Positions 18,666 through 27,492 of a DNA stretch of 28,999 bases are shown in pieces; within the stretch, counting starts at the first letter, position 1, and every line of letters starts with the position of its first letter. The notes under the pieces were generated by a model. That model saw only the letters and a list, made by a program, of their open reading frames with translations, ran no database searches and had not been told where the DNA came from. Position numbers and translations under genes: made by a program. The stretch covers positions 1 through 28,999 of IMG/VR virus record IMGVR_UViG_3300034410_000187. The stretch is one strand, 5' to 3'. This DNA comes from a virus (lineage: Duplodnaviria; Caudoviricetes).

Positions 18666-21600
18666 ATGCCAGATTATAAATTACTTAATGGCGGAATAGT
18701 CAACACTGATGATTACTCGCAAGAGCAAATGGATAATTTTCTTAATGATTTTCCAGGGGCAACACTTGTAGAAGAGGATTTTCAAAACGGAGCTGCGGGG
18801 ACGGATGCGCCTGCAACTCCAGTAATGCCAAGTCGAGCATCCATAATTGCGGGTGTTCAACCCGAAGCTACGGAATTACCATCGGAAGATACTTCTTCGG
18901 AATTACAAAAAGGTGACCAAGGTTATTATAGACAAGAGCGTAAAAAAGGTAGAAGCGCTGAATCTATACGTAGAGAATATTACAGAGAAGGATCCCCGGG
19001 CGCTATAGCTTACGATGCAAAAATGCAGAAGCAAGTTGATACAGCACAAGGTTTACTCACGGATATAGACCCTGAGCTAGAAGCTGAGGCTAAAAAAATA
19101 GCAGAAGATAATCAAGAGTTAGTACTCGGTATAACAGCTGAAACAGAAAAAAATAATATACTAGCAAAAGAGTTTAAGCTAGGTGAACTTAAGTCTAGAA
19201 ACCATAGAGATGGTTATGCTAGCTATGGCGGCGTGGCTACATCTGTAGCTAGGTTTAAGTCAGATGAAGAATATGAAGATTATCTTAAAAAGCAGTTAGG
19301 TAATAAATACGATAGGTATAAAGAATTACAAAGCAGCGCCGAAGAGTTTGGTATGACTCTAAACAAAGATAATATAGCTAACTTTGCTACATTAGATGAT
19401 GCCAGCACCGATACCCAAGCACAGGTTATATATGAGGCACAAAAATCTGCTTCAGAAATACCATTAAGAAATGTTGACGATGATGCCAAAACCTTAGCGG
19501 AATTTTACACTGGATCAGAAGCTGTACAAAAAAAGAAAAAAGATGCCTATGCTAATGCTGTTGCGCAAGCAAAAAAAGACCAGGACGCATACTTTAAACT
19601 TACAGGTAAAAGTTTAGTTGAAAAACAAACTATTGACGGAGTTACGTATAATCCTATTCCGGATATAGAATCAACATTAGATGAAGTTGAAAAACAAAAT
19701 CAAATAGAAATTGGGCGTAGACTAGAGGCTTTTGAAAAAAATAAAGTTAATGTAAATAGCGACATTGAATCACTTGAGGCTTTACAAAAGCAAATGCAAG
19801 AGTATTCTACTATTAATTACAATGCACCCGATCAGCTAGCTATAAGGAATAATTTAATTAAGCAGGAAGAGGATCTTTTAAATAAAATAAATGCTCAAAT
19901 AATTATACTGAATACTGAGTCTACGGCATTGACAAACGAAATTGAGCAAGCTGGAGCCGCAGGAATAAGCGATGCTGCTTTACTTAAGTCATATAAAACT
20001 ATGGATAAGTTGGCTAATGTTTGGGATAGTGCATTTGTAGGCAGCGCTAAAATGCTAGGTGGAGGTATTGCAAGAGTGTTTGGAGATGAAGAAACTTATA
20101 ACGCAGCGATAGACTACAATCAAAAGCTACAGGAATATAGCGAAAAGTATTTACCAGGCAATTTAACAATGGATGATGACAGCACCGCTTGGCAGTATGC
20201 TGGCGACATGCTTGTTAATAATTCTCCCTCCATAGCTGTTGCATTGGCCACAGCCGGATACGGAAGTGTAGCTGCCGCGGGGGGTGGTGCAGTTGCAAGG
20301 GCAGCGGCAACAAGAGTAGCCTCAAGGTATGCTACAGGCGCATTTTTTACAATGGAAGCGGGTGGACAATTGTCTAATCTTGAAATAGGGCAGCGTAATG
20401 CCCCTAAAGTAATTGCCGGGTTAAAAGAGGAGCTTAAAGCAATGGAAGAATCAGGCGCTGCGGTAGCTGATATAAATAAAATTAAAAGCCAAATACAAGA
20501 CCAAGAAGATCTGTTAAGCTTAGGTATGTTCCAAAAAGGCCTTAATAGTGTGGTATATGGTGGTATTGCGGCTGGAGCAGAAAGAATAGGTACATTGGGC
20601 TTTATAAGTAATTTTCAAAAGTATTCAAGGTCTGTTGGCGGAAATCAATTTAGAAAACTATTCGGGGATGCCGTAGGCTCAAGAGTTGCTAAAAATGTAG
20701 GTTTGCTTAATGCAACAGGTATTGGAGCAGGTATTGAGTTTTTAGAAGAGGGCATGACGCTTATAGGTCAAAACGCGTCTGACAATATTATATTCCAGCC
20801 TACTAATGCTAAGAGCCTTATAGAAGGATTAGATGGTGAATTCTTTAGGAACACTATGGTAACGTCTTTAGCTATATCAGGGCCTAGCGTTAGTCAAAAC
20901 ATATATAGTCAAGTAGCAGATGCTGTTAAGACTAGGAAGCAAAGCCGCAGGGAAGGAGAAATAAGAGACGAATTATTTGGTATTCAAGCGGAGTTAGAAA
21001 AATTAGATGGACGAACTGCTGAAGCTAGAGCATTAAAAGTTGAAAGAGATCGTCTTATTACTGAAGCGGGCATAGAGAATACTGATGTCATGCTTAACCT
21101 TAAAGATCTTACCGGCAGTGAAATTGAAACTGTATTTGAAAACCATGCTGAAATACGTAGGTTAAAACTTGAGGCACGGGATTTAGATGTTACAGATTTA
21201 AATAAAAAAGAATTTGATAGATTAAACGCTAAAGCACAAGAGTTATTTAATGCTAATCAAAAAATGCTTAGCAGGGGCGAAACTAATATAGAAAAGTTCG
21301 CTAAAAACACAGCAAACCCAGTTGAAGCTGAAGTTAACGCTAGAACTTATAATACTTATAAATATATAGCTGAAAACAATCCAGGTATAAATAGTATAAT
21401 AATAAAAGACAAGGCAGAAGCTTTGGCTTATGCAGACCAGGCTTTTAAAGACGATGAAGCTGGTAAAAAACAATTTTTAGACAACTACGGTAAATCAAAC
21501 GCTTCGTTTGAACAAAACGGCGATCAAATTATTTATGAAGAAGTTGTTTTAAATCAAATGTCACAGGGCGGTATAAATGCTCGAATAGCTGCGGTATCGC

Positions 21601-24600
21601 CTTTGCATGAGATAGGACATCAACAGACTGTTGCGGCTGGTTTAATAAAGAATGATAAGTTGGCGGTTGATTCTGCTAATGAGCTTGTACAAAACATATT
21701 ACAAGACGTACAGTCTAGGTTTGAGCAAGGTAAAATTACGCAAGAAGAGATGGATGTTTTTAACCAGCGTATGTCTTTTTATAAAGAGTTAGGAAAAGGA
21801 AAGTATACTGAAACTAACGGTGTTGATGCCGATGAGCTTATACAGCTTGTAGGAGACTTTACAGCAATAGGTATTTTGCCTAAAAGTAGTTACGGTAATT
21901 TGTTTGGAGCAAAAACATTTATTAATAATTTGTTGCAAAAATTTAATGGTGATATGGCGCCGTTATTTAAAATTAATAGCCCCAACGATGTTTACGCTTT
22001 TGTTGCTAATTTTCAAAACAAAGCTGCTGGTTTTCAAATAAAGAAAGGTATAGCTGGTAGCGGAATAACCAAACAGCAAATAAGCTCTGCTGCGGCAAAA
22101 AGTAACGCAAGAGTTAATCTTATAACAAAAGAACAACTAGCTGGGCCTAGAGCGCAAGCATTGTTATTTGAAGAAATTACCAACATGGTTGCCGCTCAAA
22201 TAGCCGGCAGATATACATTGCCACCTCAAGCGTTACAAGATTTTACAGCTGAAGTTGTTGGAAGAATATACTTAGCTAAAGAAAATACAAAGTGGGATGG
22301 TAGAGGCCAATTAAGTGGTTTTCTCGGCGGAAGAATTAGTTTGCGTATAGCCGACGTTGTTAGGGCTGAATATAAACTACAGCCAACCGAAAGACAATTT
22401 TTAGGTACGGTAGACAATTTACAACCTGAAGATCAAAAAGATTTGGCTGTACCAGAGCAAGCTCCGGTTGCACAAGAAAAACCTAAATACAGAAATCTTA
22501 CACAAACAAAAATACTGCCAGCGGAGCAGGCTAAAGCCGTAGAGCAAAAAATAGTATCTATAGCTAGAGTATTAAAAAGTAGATTAGATGCACCATTGGG
22601 GCCTAACGCATCTGTAACGCCTATTATCAATGAACTAAAGCGTGAGCTTGGCAAAGCAATCGATATTGAGTTTAAAAAGATGTTAGGTAAAAAGAAAGGC
22701 GATGAGCTTAAGAAAAATGTACTTAGGTATAAGAAAGCTATACTCGAAAACATGACTACCACATGGTTGATGCAGGCTATGCCATTTGCAATACAGAAAT
22801 CTGTTGGTGGCACCTATAAAGTTGACGGGGAAGGTAAAAGAGTTAAGGATTCTAATGGCGATTTTATATTTATACCTAAATACACTAGCGAATGGCAAGG
22901 CAAAACAATAGATAGAGCAAAGACATCTACTAAGCAGCAAGGTAAAACATCAGGCCCTGAAATAGTAAGGCGTTTGCCAAATGCAGCAAACAAAATTACC
23001 GACGAACAATTCCTTAGTTATATGTTTAAAGACGGTGACGTTATACGTGGTCGTAAAGAATCTTTATCTAAGGCATTAGCAGAAGAGTATGGTTTTGATG
23101 TTATAAACGATGCCTTAAAGAATCCCGATAGCCCTATAAGCCAAGCTTTTGAAAACAATCAAGAGATGCTTGGTATGGCTATAGCAGATAACTTCGTTGA
23201 AGAAGTAGCAAAGCAAAGTGAACGTGGTCTTGTTAAAAGAAGTGCTATTGTAAATACCCAAACAATATTTAGAGATGCGCTAGCATTAGAAATAGAAGGG
23301 GACTTGAATGGTTCATTAGCGCTATTAGAAACATTGTCAGCTGAAGATAGAGCAGCATATGAGGATATTACTGCTAATATAAAAGTTGATACCGCTAGAT
23401 ATAAGCAATCTATTAAGAAGTGGAAAGATGCACCAGAAAATGTGCAGCCATTTATTGATCAGTATTTTGAAAATAATTCAGCTCGCGACAACAAGCAAGC
23501 AATGAAGGAATACTATCAATTTAGTACAGCCATGATAGACGCTCTACCAAATGCGCTAGTAAAAGCTTTGGGAGCAGATTTCTTTGGTGCTCATTATAGA
23601 TATTTAAATCCTAAAGAAGCAAAGTCTTTGGGAGCTAAGATAAGAGCGAAAATAGATGCTTTACCTAATACAAGCGAAGACATAGGATTTAATCCTGAGG
23701 ACATGCGCTTAATCCAAGCTGGCTCAGGCTTAGTTGGTCAAATAACAACAAATATACTAAACAAAAAGTTTGAATCCGCGCAGGCTAAGGTTGATGCGTT
23801 TTTGGAAAAGTACGGGGAAGAGGTTGATGCTTTAAATATTGCAAACAAAAAAGCTATTGAAATTGTTGTATCTACAGCGTTTGATATTGCTATAGCTAAA
23901 CCACAGCAAGCTGTTGGATTCTTAAGAATGCTAGAATCTACCACAAACATAGGTAAGTCCCTTAGATCATTGACAGGTATTAGTGATATTCAAATGACCG
24001 CTGAATCACAAGCTGTTTACATAAATACCAAAACTGGGCAAGGTTACAGTAACACTTTAAATGCTTCGCAAAAAGCAAAAGTAGAGACTGGAGAAATTGC
24101 ACTTAATGAAAACCACCCTAACTATAAGGAGGCTAAAAAGTTTATAGAAGATGGTTCAAAGCAAACCCTTCCGCAATTATTGCGAATTAAAGGTGAGCAT
24201 GCCACCCCTTCATCTAACTTTAATGTTTCTGTTGCTAAAGAGTATTTAACTATGCTTGGGATTGCTTTGCAAAATCCAGGTGGTGTGCAACAAGCTAAAG
24301 ATGCTTTAATTGCAAAGATTAATGAATTAACCGTAGAATTTAATCAACAATTAAATACTAAAGTATTATCTGATTTGCAAGACGCTAAGCTAGGGTCAAC
24401 CAGCGATATTGGCGATTTAAGATTATTAGCTATACCTTTGGAAAGTCAAAATGCTTTTTACGATATAAAAGGATTACAAACAATTGGTAGAGTACAAACT
24501 TTGTTAAACACAATGTTCAGCGCTAAAAATGTCGCAGAGCGTGCTAAAATAGCTACAGAACAAAAGGCTATAAACAACGCTAGAAAGCAATCATACGCTG

Positions 24601-27491
24601 CTAACCCTAAGGGAATTAGCGTATATGACTTTGACGATACACTTGCATTTAGTAAAAGTGAGGTTATAGTTAAAATGCCTCCAAATAAAGAAATACTTGA
24701 TATTGCTGCAAGAAGATTGTTTGCAAATCAGTTTAAAGATCTACCAGGTTATTTAAGAAAATTTGAAACTCTTACAAAAGAAGAGCAAGCGAGAGTATTA
24801 AAAGATGTACCACGTACAACTAAAAAAATAACACCCGCTGAGTTTGCAAAACAGGGAGACCAACTTGCTAAGTCCGGTGCTGAGTTTGATTTTAGCGAAT
24901 TTAATAAAGTTGTTAAAGGTACACCAGGGCCATTAGCACCAAGGCTTAAAAAGGCAATAGAAAAGTTTGGTAATAAAAACATATTTGTATTAACAGCTAG
25001 ACCACAAGAATCGGCGGTTGCTATACACGCATTTTTAAAAGGTCTAGGTTTAGAGATACCACTTGAGAATATAACTGGACTAGCTAATGGTGCTCCAGCT
25101 GCGAAAGCCGCGTGGATGGTAGGTAAAGTTTCAGAAGGTTATAATGACTTCTATTTCGTAGATGATCATATGGGCAACGTTAAAGCTGTTAAGGATATTC
25201 TTAATACATTTGATGTTAAAGGCAAAGTGCAGCAGGCAAGGGTTAAAAGAAGCGCTGCGCTAGGTAAGGACCTTAACGATATGATAGAGCGTAATAAAGG
25301 CATTGCCTCGGAAGCTGTTTACTCTAAAATTAGGGCTAGAAAAGAAGGGGCTAAAAAAGGTAGGTTTAAAGTTTTCTTACCGTATGGCGCAGAAGACTTT
25401 AGAGGGCTAACGTCATATACATTAGCTGGCAAAGGCAAGCAGGGAGAAGCTGACCAAAAATTCTTTGAGGATAATTTAGTTGTGCCGTACATGAGAGGCA
25501 TATCCGCTATGGAAAAAGCTAGACGTGCGCTTAAGAATGATTTTGCAACATTGTTAAAAGCGTTGCCTGGAATGAAAAAACGTTTAGGTAAACAAATTGG
25601 CGACACAGATTATACTGTTGACCAAGCTGTACGTGTTTATTTATGGACGCAGCAAGGGCAGGAAGTTCCAGGTATATCTAAAAGAGATCAAAAGAAATTA
25701 AATAGTCTAGTAGCCAAAGATCCAATGTTAACATCATTTGCCCAAGGCTTGCAAGCTATATCAAAACAAGATCAATGGCCCGCTCCAAGTGATCATTGGG
25801 TAGCAGGTTCTGTTTTAAAAGATATTAATGAAATTAACGAAGTGCTTACAAGAGGGGAGTACTTGCAGGAGTTTAACGATAACGTTGATATTATATTTGA
25901 CGAAAACAATTTAACCAAACTAGAAGCCGCATACGGTACGCGTTATGTAAACGCTTTAAAGAACTCAATAGCTCGAATGAAGTCTGGTCGTAACAGACCG
26001 GCGCAGCCAGGGGCTTATGAACAACAATGGTTAAACTGGGTTAACAACTCTGTAGGTACTATAATGTTCTTTAACCGTAGATCAGCAGCAATGCAGATGT
26101 TATCATTTGCTAACTTTGTAAACTGGAGTGATAACAATCCGCTAAAAGCTGGGATTGCATTTGCTAATCAGCCAGCTTACTGGAGCGCGTGGTCAAAAAT
26201 ATTTAACTCCGACAAACTTAAAGAACGTCGCGGTGGTTTAAAATCTGATGTACAAGAACAAGAGATCGCTAACCAAGCTAAAAATAGTAAAGACAAAGCG
26301 AGCGCTGTAATTGCATACTTATTAAAAATAGGATTTACACCTACACAAATTGCGGATAGCTTTGCTATTGCAACAGGGGGAGCTACGTTCTTAATTAACA
26401 GAACAAAAACTTATAAGAAAGAAGGTTTATCACAAGCGGAAGCGGAAGCAAAAGCATTTGAAGACTTTAGCGCTATATCCGATGAGACGCAGCAATCAGG
26501 TGATCCTATGTTGGTATCTGCACAACAGTCGAGCCATTTAGGACGTCTTATATTGGCTTTCCAAAACACGCCGATGCAATACACTAGATTGATGAAAAAA
26601 GCTGGCCAGGATCTTATAAACGGCCGTGGGGATGCTAAGACTAATATTAGCAAGATAGCTTATTACGGGTTTATACAAAACCTTATATTCAGCGCGCTGC
26701 AAAATTCATTATTTGCATTAATACCAGGATTTGATGATGAAGAAGAAGACGATGAGCAATACGAAAAAATCATTAATACAAAGACTGAAAGAATTGTTAA
26801 TTCTATGGTGGACACTATTCTTAGAGGATCTGGATTAACCGGTGCGGTAATATCTACATTAAAGAATACTATTAATAGATATTATAAAGAAGAGAAGAAA
26901 GGTTATAATGCTGATCACGCTTATACGCTATTAGAACTAGCGAACGTATCACCGCCTATAGGTTCTAAGATGAGGAAAGTATACGGTGCAATTCAAACTA
27001 AGAAGTTTGACAAAGATGTAATGGCTGCGCAGGGTTGGGATGTTACATTAGACGGTAGATTTAATATTTCTCCTAATTACGAAATATTAGCATCACTTTC
27101 ATCCGCTGGATTAAACTTGCCGTTAGACAGAGCGTTAGCCGAAATAGACGGTATATCTGAAGCTCTTGATGCTAGGAATACATCTTATCAAAGATTAGCT
27201 TTGGGATTAGGTTGGAGAACATGGGATGTTAAAGCTAGAAAAGAGGAAGAAGAATGGGCTAAGCTTGTTGGTAAAGCAAATCGTAAAGCAGAAGGCAAAA
27301 AGAAAGCTGCTGAAACAAGAAGGCTAAACAAACTGAAAAAAATAGAAGAGCTTGCGGCAATGACTCCTGATGAAAAATCACGATACCTATTAGCAGAAAA
27401 AGCAAAGCGAAAAGCAGCAGCTAAAAAAGCGGCAGCCACAAGAAGACAAAACAAAAGAGTAAAAGATTCAATACTAAGTTTAAAAAATTAA
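18666..27491 (+). CDS. Giant multidomain virion cargo/ejection (polyvalent-type) protein (2941 aa)
   Basis: Contains coiled coils, Gly/Ala hydrophobic segments (about 20030-20890), HEIGH zincin motif (21606-21620), a sigma region 2-like segment (22161-22376), HAD motifs DFDDT/LTAR/VDD (24627-25166) and a basic C-terminal tail. Confidence 0.75.
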   Translation: MPDYKLLNGGIVNTDDYSQEQMDNFLNDFPGATLVEEDFQNGAAGTDAPATPVMPSRASIIAGVQPEATELPSEDTSSELQKGDQGYYRQERKKGRSAESIRREYYREGSPGAIAYDAKMQKQVDTAQGLLTDIDPELEAEAKKIAEDNQELVLGITAETEKNNILAKEFKLGELKSRNHRDGYASYGGVATSVARFKSDEEYEDYLKKQLGNKYDRYKELQSSAEEFGMTLNKDNIANFATLDDASTDTQAQVIYEAQKSASEIPLRNVDDDAKTLAEFYTGSEAVQKKKKDAYANAVAQAKKDQDAYFKLTGKSLVEKQTIDGVTYNPIPDIESTLDEVEKQNQIEIGRRLEAFEKNKVNVNSDIESLEALQKQMQEYSTINYNAPDQLAIRNNLIKQEEDLLNKINAQIIILNTESTALTNEIEQAGAAGISDAALLKSYKTMDKLANVWDSAFVGSAKMLGGGIARVFGDEETYNAAIDYNQKLQEYSEKYLPGNLTMDDDSTAWQYAGDMLVNNSPSIAVALATAGYGSVAAAGGGAVARAAATRVASRYATGAFFTMEAGGQLSNLEIGQRNAPKVIAGLKEELKAMEESGAAVADINKIKSQIQDQEDLLSLGMFQKGLNSVVYGGIAAGAERIGTLGFISNFQKYSRSVGGNQFRKLFGDAVGSRVAKNVGLLNATGIGAGIEFLEEGMTLIGQNASDNIIFQPTNAKSLIEGLDGEFFRNTMVTSLAISGPSVSQNIYSQVADAVKTRKQSRREGEIRDELFGIQAELEKLDGRTAEARALKVERDRLITEAGIENTDVMLNLKDLTGSEIETVFENHAEIRRLKLEARDLDVTDLNKKEFDRLNAKAQELFNANQKMLSRGETNIEKFAKNTANPVEAEVNARTYNTYKYIAENNPGINSIIIKDKAEALAYADQAFKDDEAGKKQFLDNYGKSNASFEQNGDQIIYEEVVLNQMSQGGINARIAAVSPLHEIGHQQTVAAGLIKNDKLAVDSANELVQNILQDVQSRFEQGKITQEEMDVFNQRMSFYKELGKGKYTETNGVDADELIQLVGDFTAIGILPKSSYGNLFGAKTFINNLLQKFNGDMAPLFKINSPNDVYAFVANFQNKAAGFQIKKGIAGSGITKQQISSAAAKSNARVNLITKEQLAGPRAQALLFEEITNMVAAQIAGRYTLPPQALQDFTAEVVGRIYLAKENTKWDGRGQLSGFLGGRISLRIADVVRAEYKLQPTERQFLGTVDNLQPEDQKDLAVPEQAPVAQEKPKYRNLTQTKILPAEQAKAVEQKIVSIARVLKSRLDAPLGPNASVTPIINELKRELGKAIDIEFKKMLGKKKGDELKKNVLRYKKAILENMTTTWLMQAMPFAIQKSVGGTYKVDGEGKRVKDSNGDFIFIPKYTSEWQGKTIDRAKTSTKQQGKTSGPEIVRRLPNAANKITDEQFLSYMFKDGDVIRGRKESLSKALAEEYGFDVINDALKNPDSPISQAFENNQEMLGMAIADNFVEEVAKQSERGLVKRSAIVNTQTIFRDALALEIEGDLNGSLALLETLSAEDRAAYEDITANIKVDTARYKQSIKKWKDAPENVQPFIDQYFENNSARDNKQAMKEYYQFSTAMIDALPNALVKALGADFFGAHYRYLNPKEAKSLGAKIRAKIDALPNTSEDIGFNPEDMRLIQAGSGLVGQITTNILNKKFESAQAKVDAFLEKYGEEVDALNIANKKAIEIVVSTAFDIAIAKPQQAVGFLRMLESTTNIGKSLRSLTGISDIQMTAESQAVYINTKTGQGYSNTLNASQKAKVETGEIALNENHPNYKEAKKFIEDGSKQTLPQLLRIKGEHATPSSNFNVSVAKEYLTMLGIALQNPGGVQQAKDALIAKINELTVEFNQQLNTKVLSDLQDAKLGSTSDIGDLRLLAIPLESQNAFYDIKGLQTIGRVQTLLNTMFSAKNVAERAKIATEQKAINNARKQSYAANPKGISVYDFDDTLAFSKSEVIVKMPPNKEILDIAARRLFANQFKDLPGYLRKFETLTKEEQARVLKDVPRTTKKITPAEFAKQGDQLAKSGAEFDFSEFNKVVKGTPGPLAPRLKKAIEKFGNKNIFVLTARPQESAVAIHAFLKGLGLEIPLENITGLANGAPAAKAAWMVGKVSEGYNDFYFVDDHMGNVKAVKDILNTFDVKGKVQQARVKRSAALGKDLNDMIERNKGIASEAVYSKIRARKEGAKKGRFKVFLPYGAEDFRGLTSYTLAGKGKQGEADQKFFEDNLVVPYMRGISAMEKARRALKNDFATLLKALPGMKKRLGKQIGDTDYTVDQAVRVYLWTQQGQEVPGISKRDQKKLNSLVAKDPMLTSFAQGLQAISKQDQWPAPSDHWVAGSVLKDINEINEVLTRGEYLQEFNDNVDIIFDENNLTKLEAAYGTRYVNALKNSIARMKSGRNRPAQPGAYEQQWLNWVNNSVGTIMFFNRRSAAMQMLSFANFVNWSDNNPLKAGIAFANQPAYWSAWSKIFNSDKLKERRGGLKSDVQEQEIANQAKNSKDKASAVIAYLLKIGFTPTQIADSFAIATGGATFLINRTKTYKKEGLSQAEAEAKAFEDFSAISDETQQSGDPMLVSAQQSSHLGRLILAFQNTPMQYTRLMKKAGQDLINGRGDAKTNISKIAYYGFIQNLIFSALQNSLFALIPGFDDEEEDDEQYEKIINTKTERIVNSMVDTILRGSGLTGAVISTLKNTINRYYKEEKKGYNADHAYTLLELANVSPPIGSKMRKVYGAIQTKKFDKDVMAAQGWDVTLDGRFNISPNYEILASLSSAGLNLPLDRALAEIDGISEALDARNTSYQRLALGLGWRTWDVKARKEEEEWAKLVGKANRKAEGKKKAAETRRLNKLKKIEELAAMTPDEKSRYLLAEKAKRKAAAKKAAATRRQNKRVKDSILSLKN
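18776..18842 (+). promoter_or_regulatory. Predicted -1 programmed ribosomal frameshift signal (slippery heptamer plus H-type pseudoknot)
   Basis: In-frame G_GAT_TTT (18776-18782), spacer CAAAAC, stem 1 18789-18799/18810-18820 (11 positions, one C-A mismatch, one G-U), and stem 2 GGATGC 18803-18808/GCATCC 18837-18842. Confidence 0.65.
18782..18916 (+). CDS. -1 frame extension (44 aa, SKRSCGDGCACNSSNAKSSIHNCGCSTRSYGITIGRYFFGITKR) of a predicted 83-aa transframe protein starting at 18666
   Basis: Open -1 frame from the slip site to TGA at 18914-18916. It is bounded upstream by TGA at 18746-18748 and has no ATG of its own. Confidence 0.5.
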   Translation, partial: SKRSCGDGCACNSSNAKSSIHNCGCSTRSYGITIGRYFFGITKR

Positions 27492-27492
27492 T

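Noticed and set aside
24627-24641. DFDDT (and DDFDGTDDD in the nozzle) as an RNA polymerase DxDxD catalytic loop
   Set aside because: The spacing does not fit. The first is HAD motif I with matching downstream HAD motifs, and the second is an acidic loop in a tail protein.
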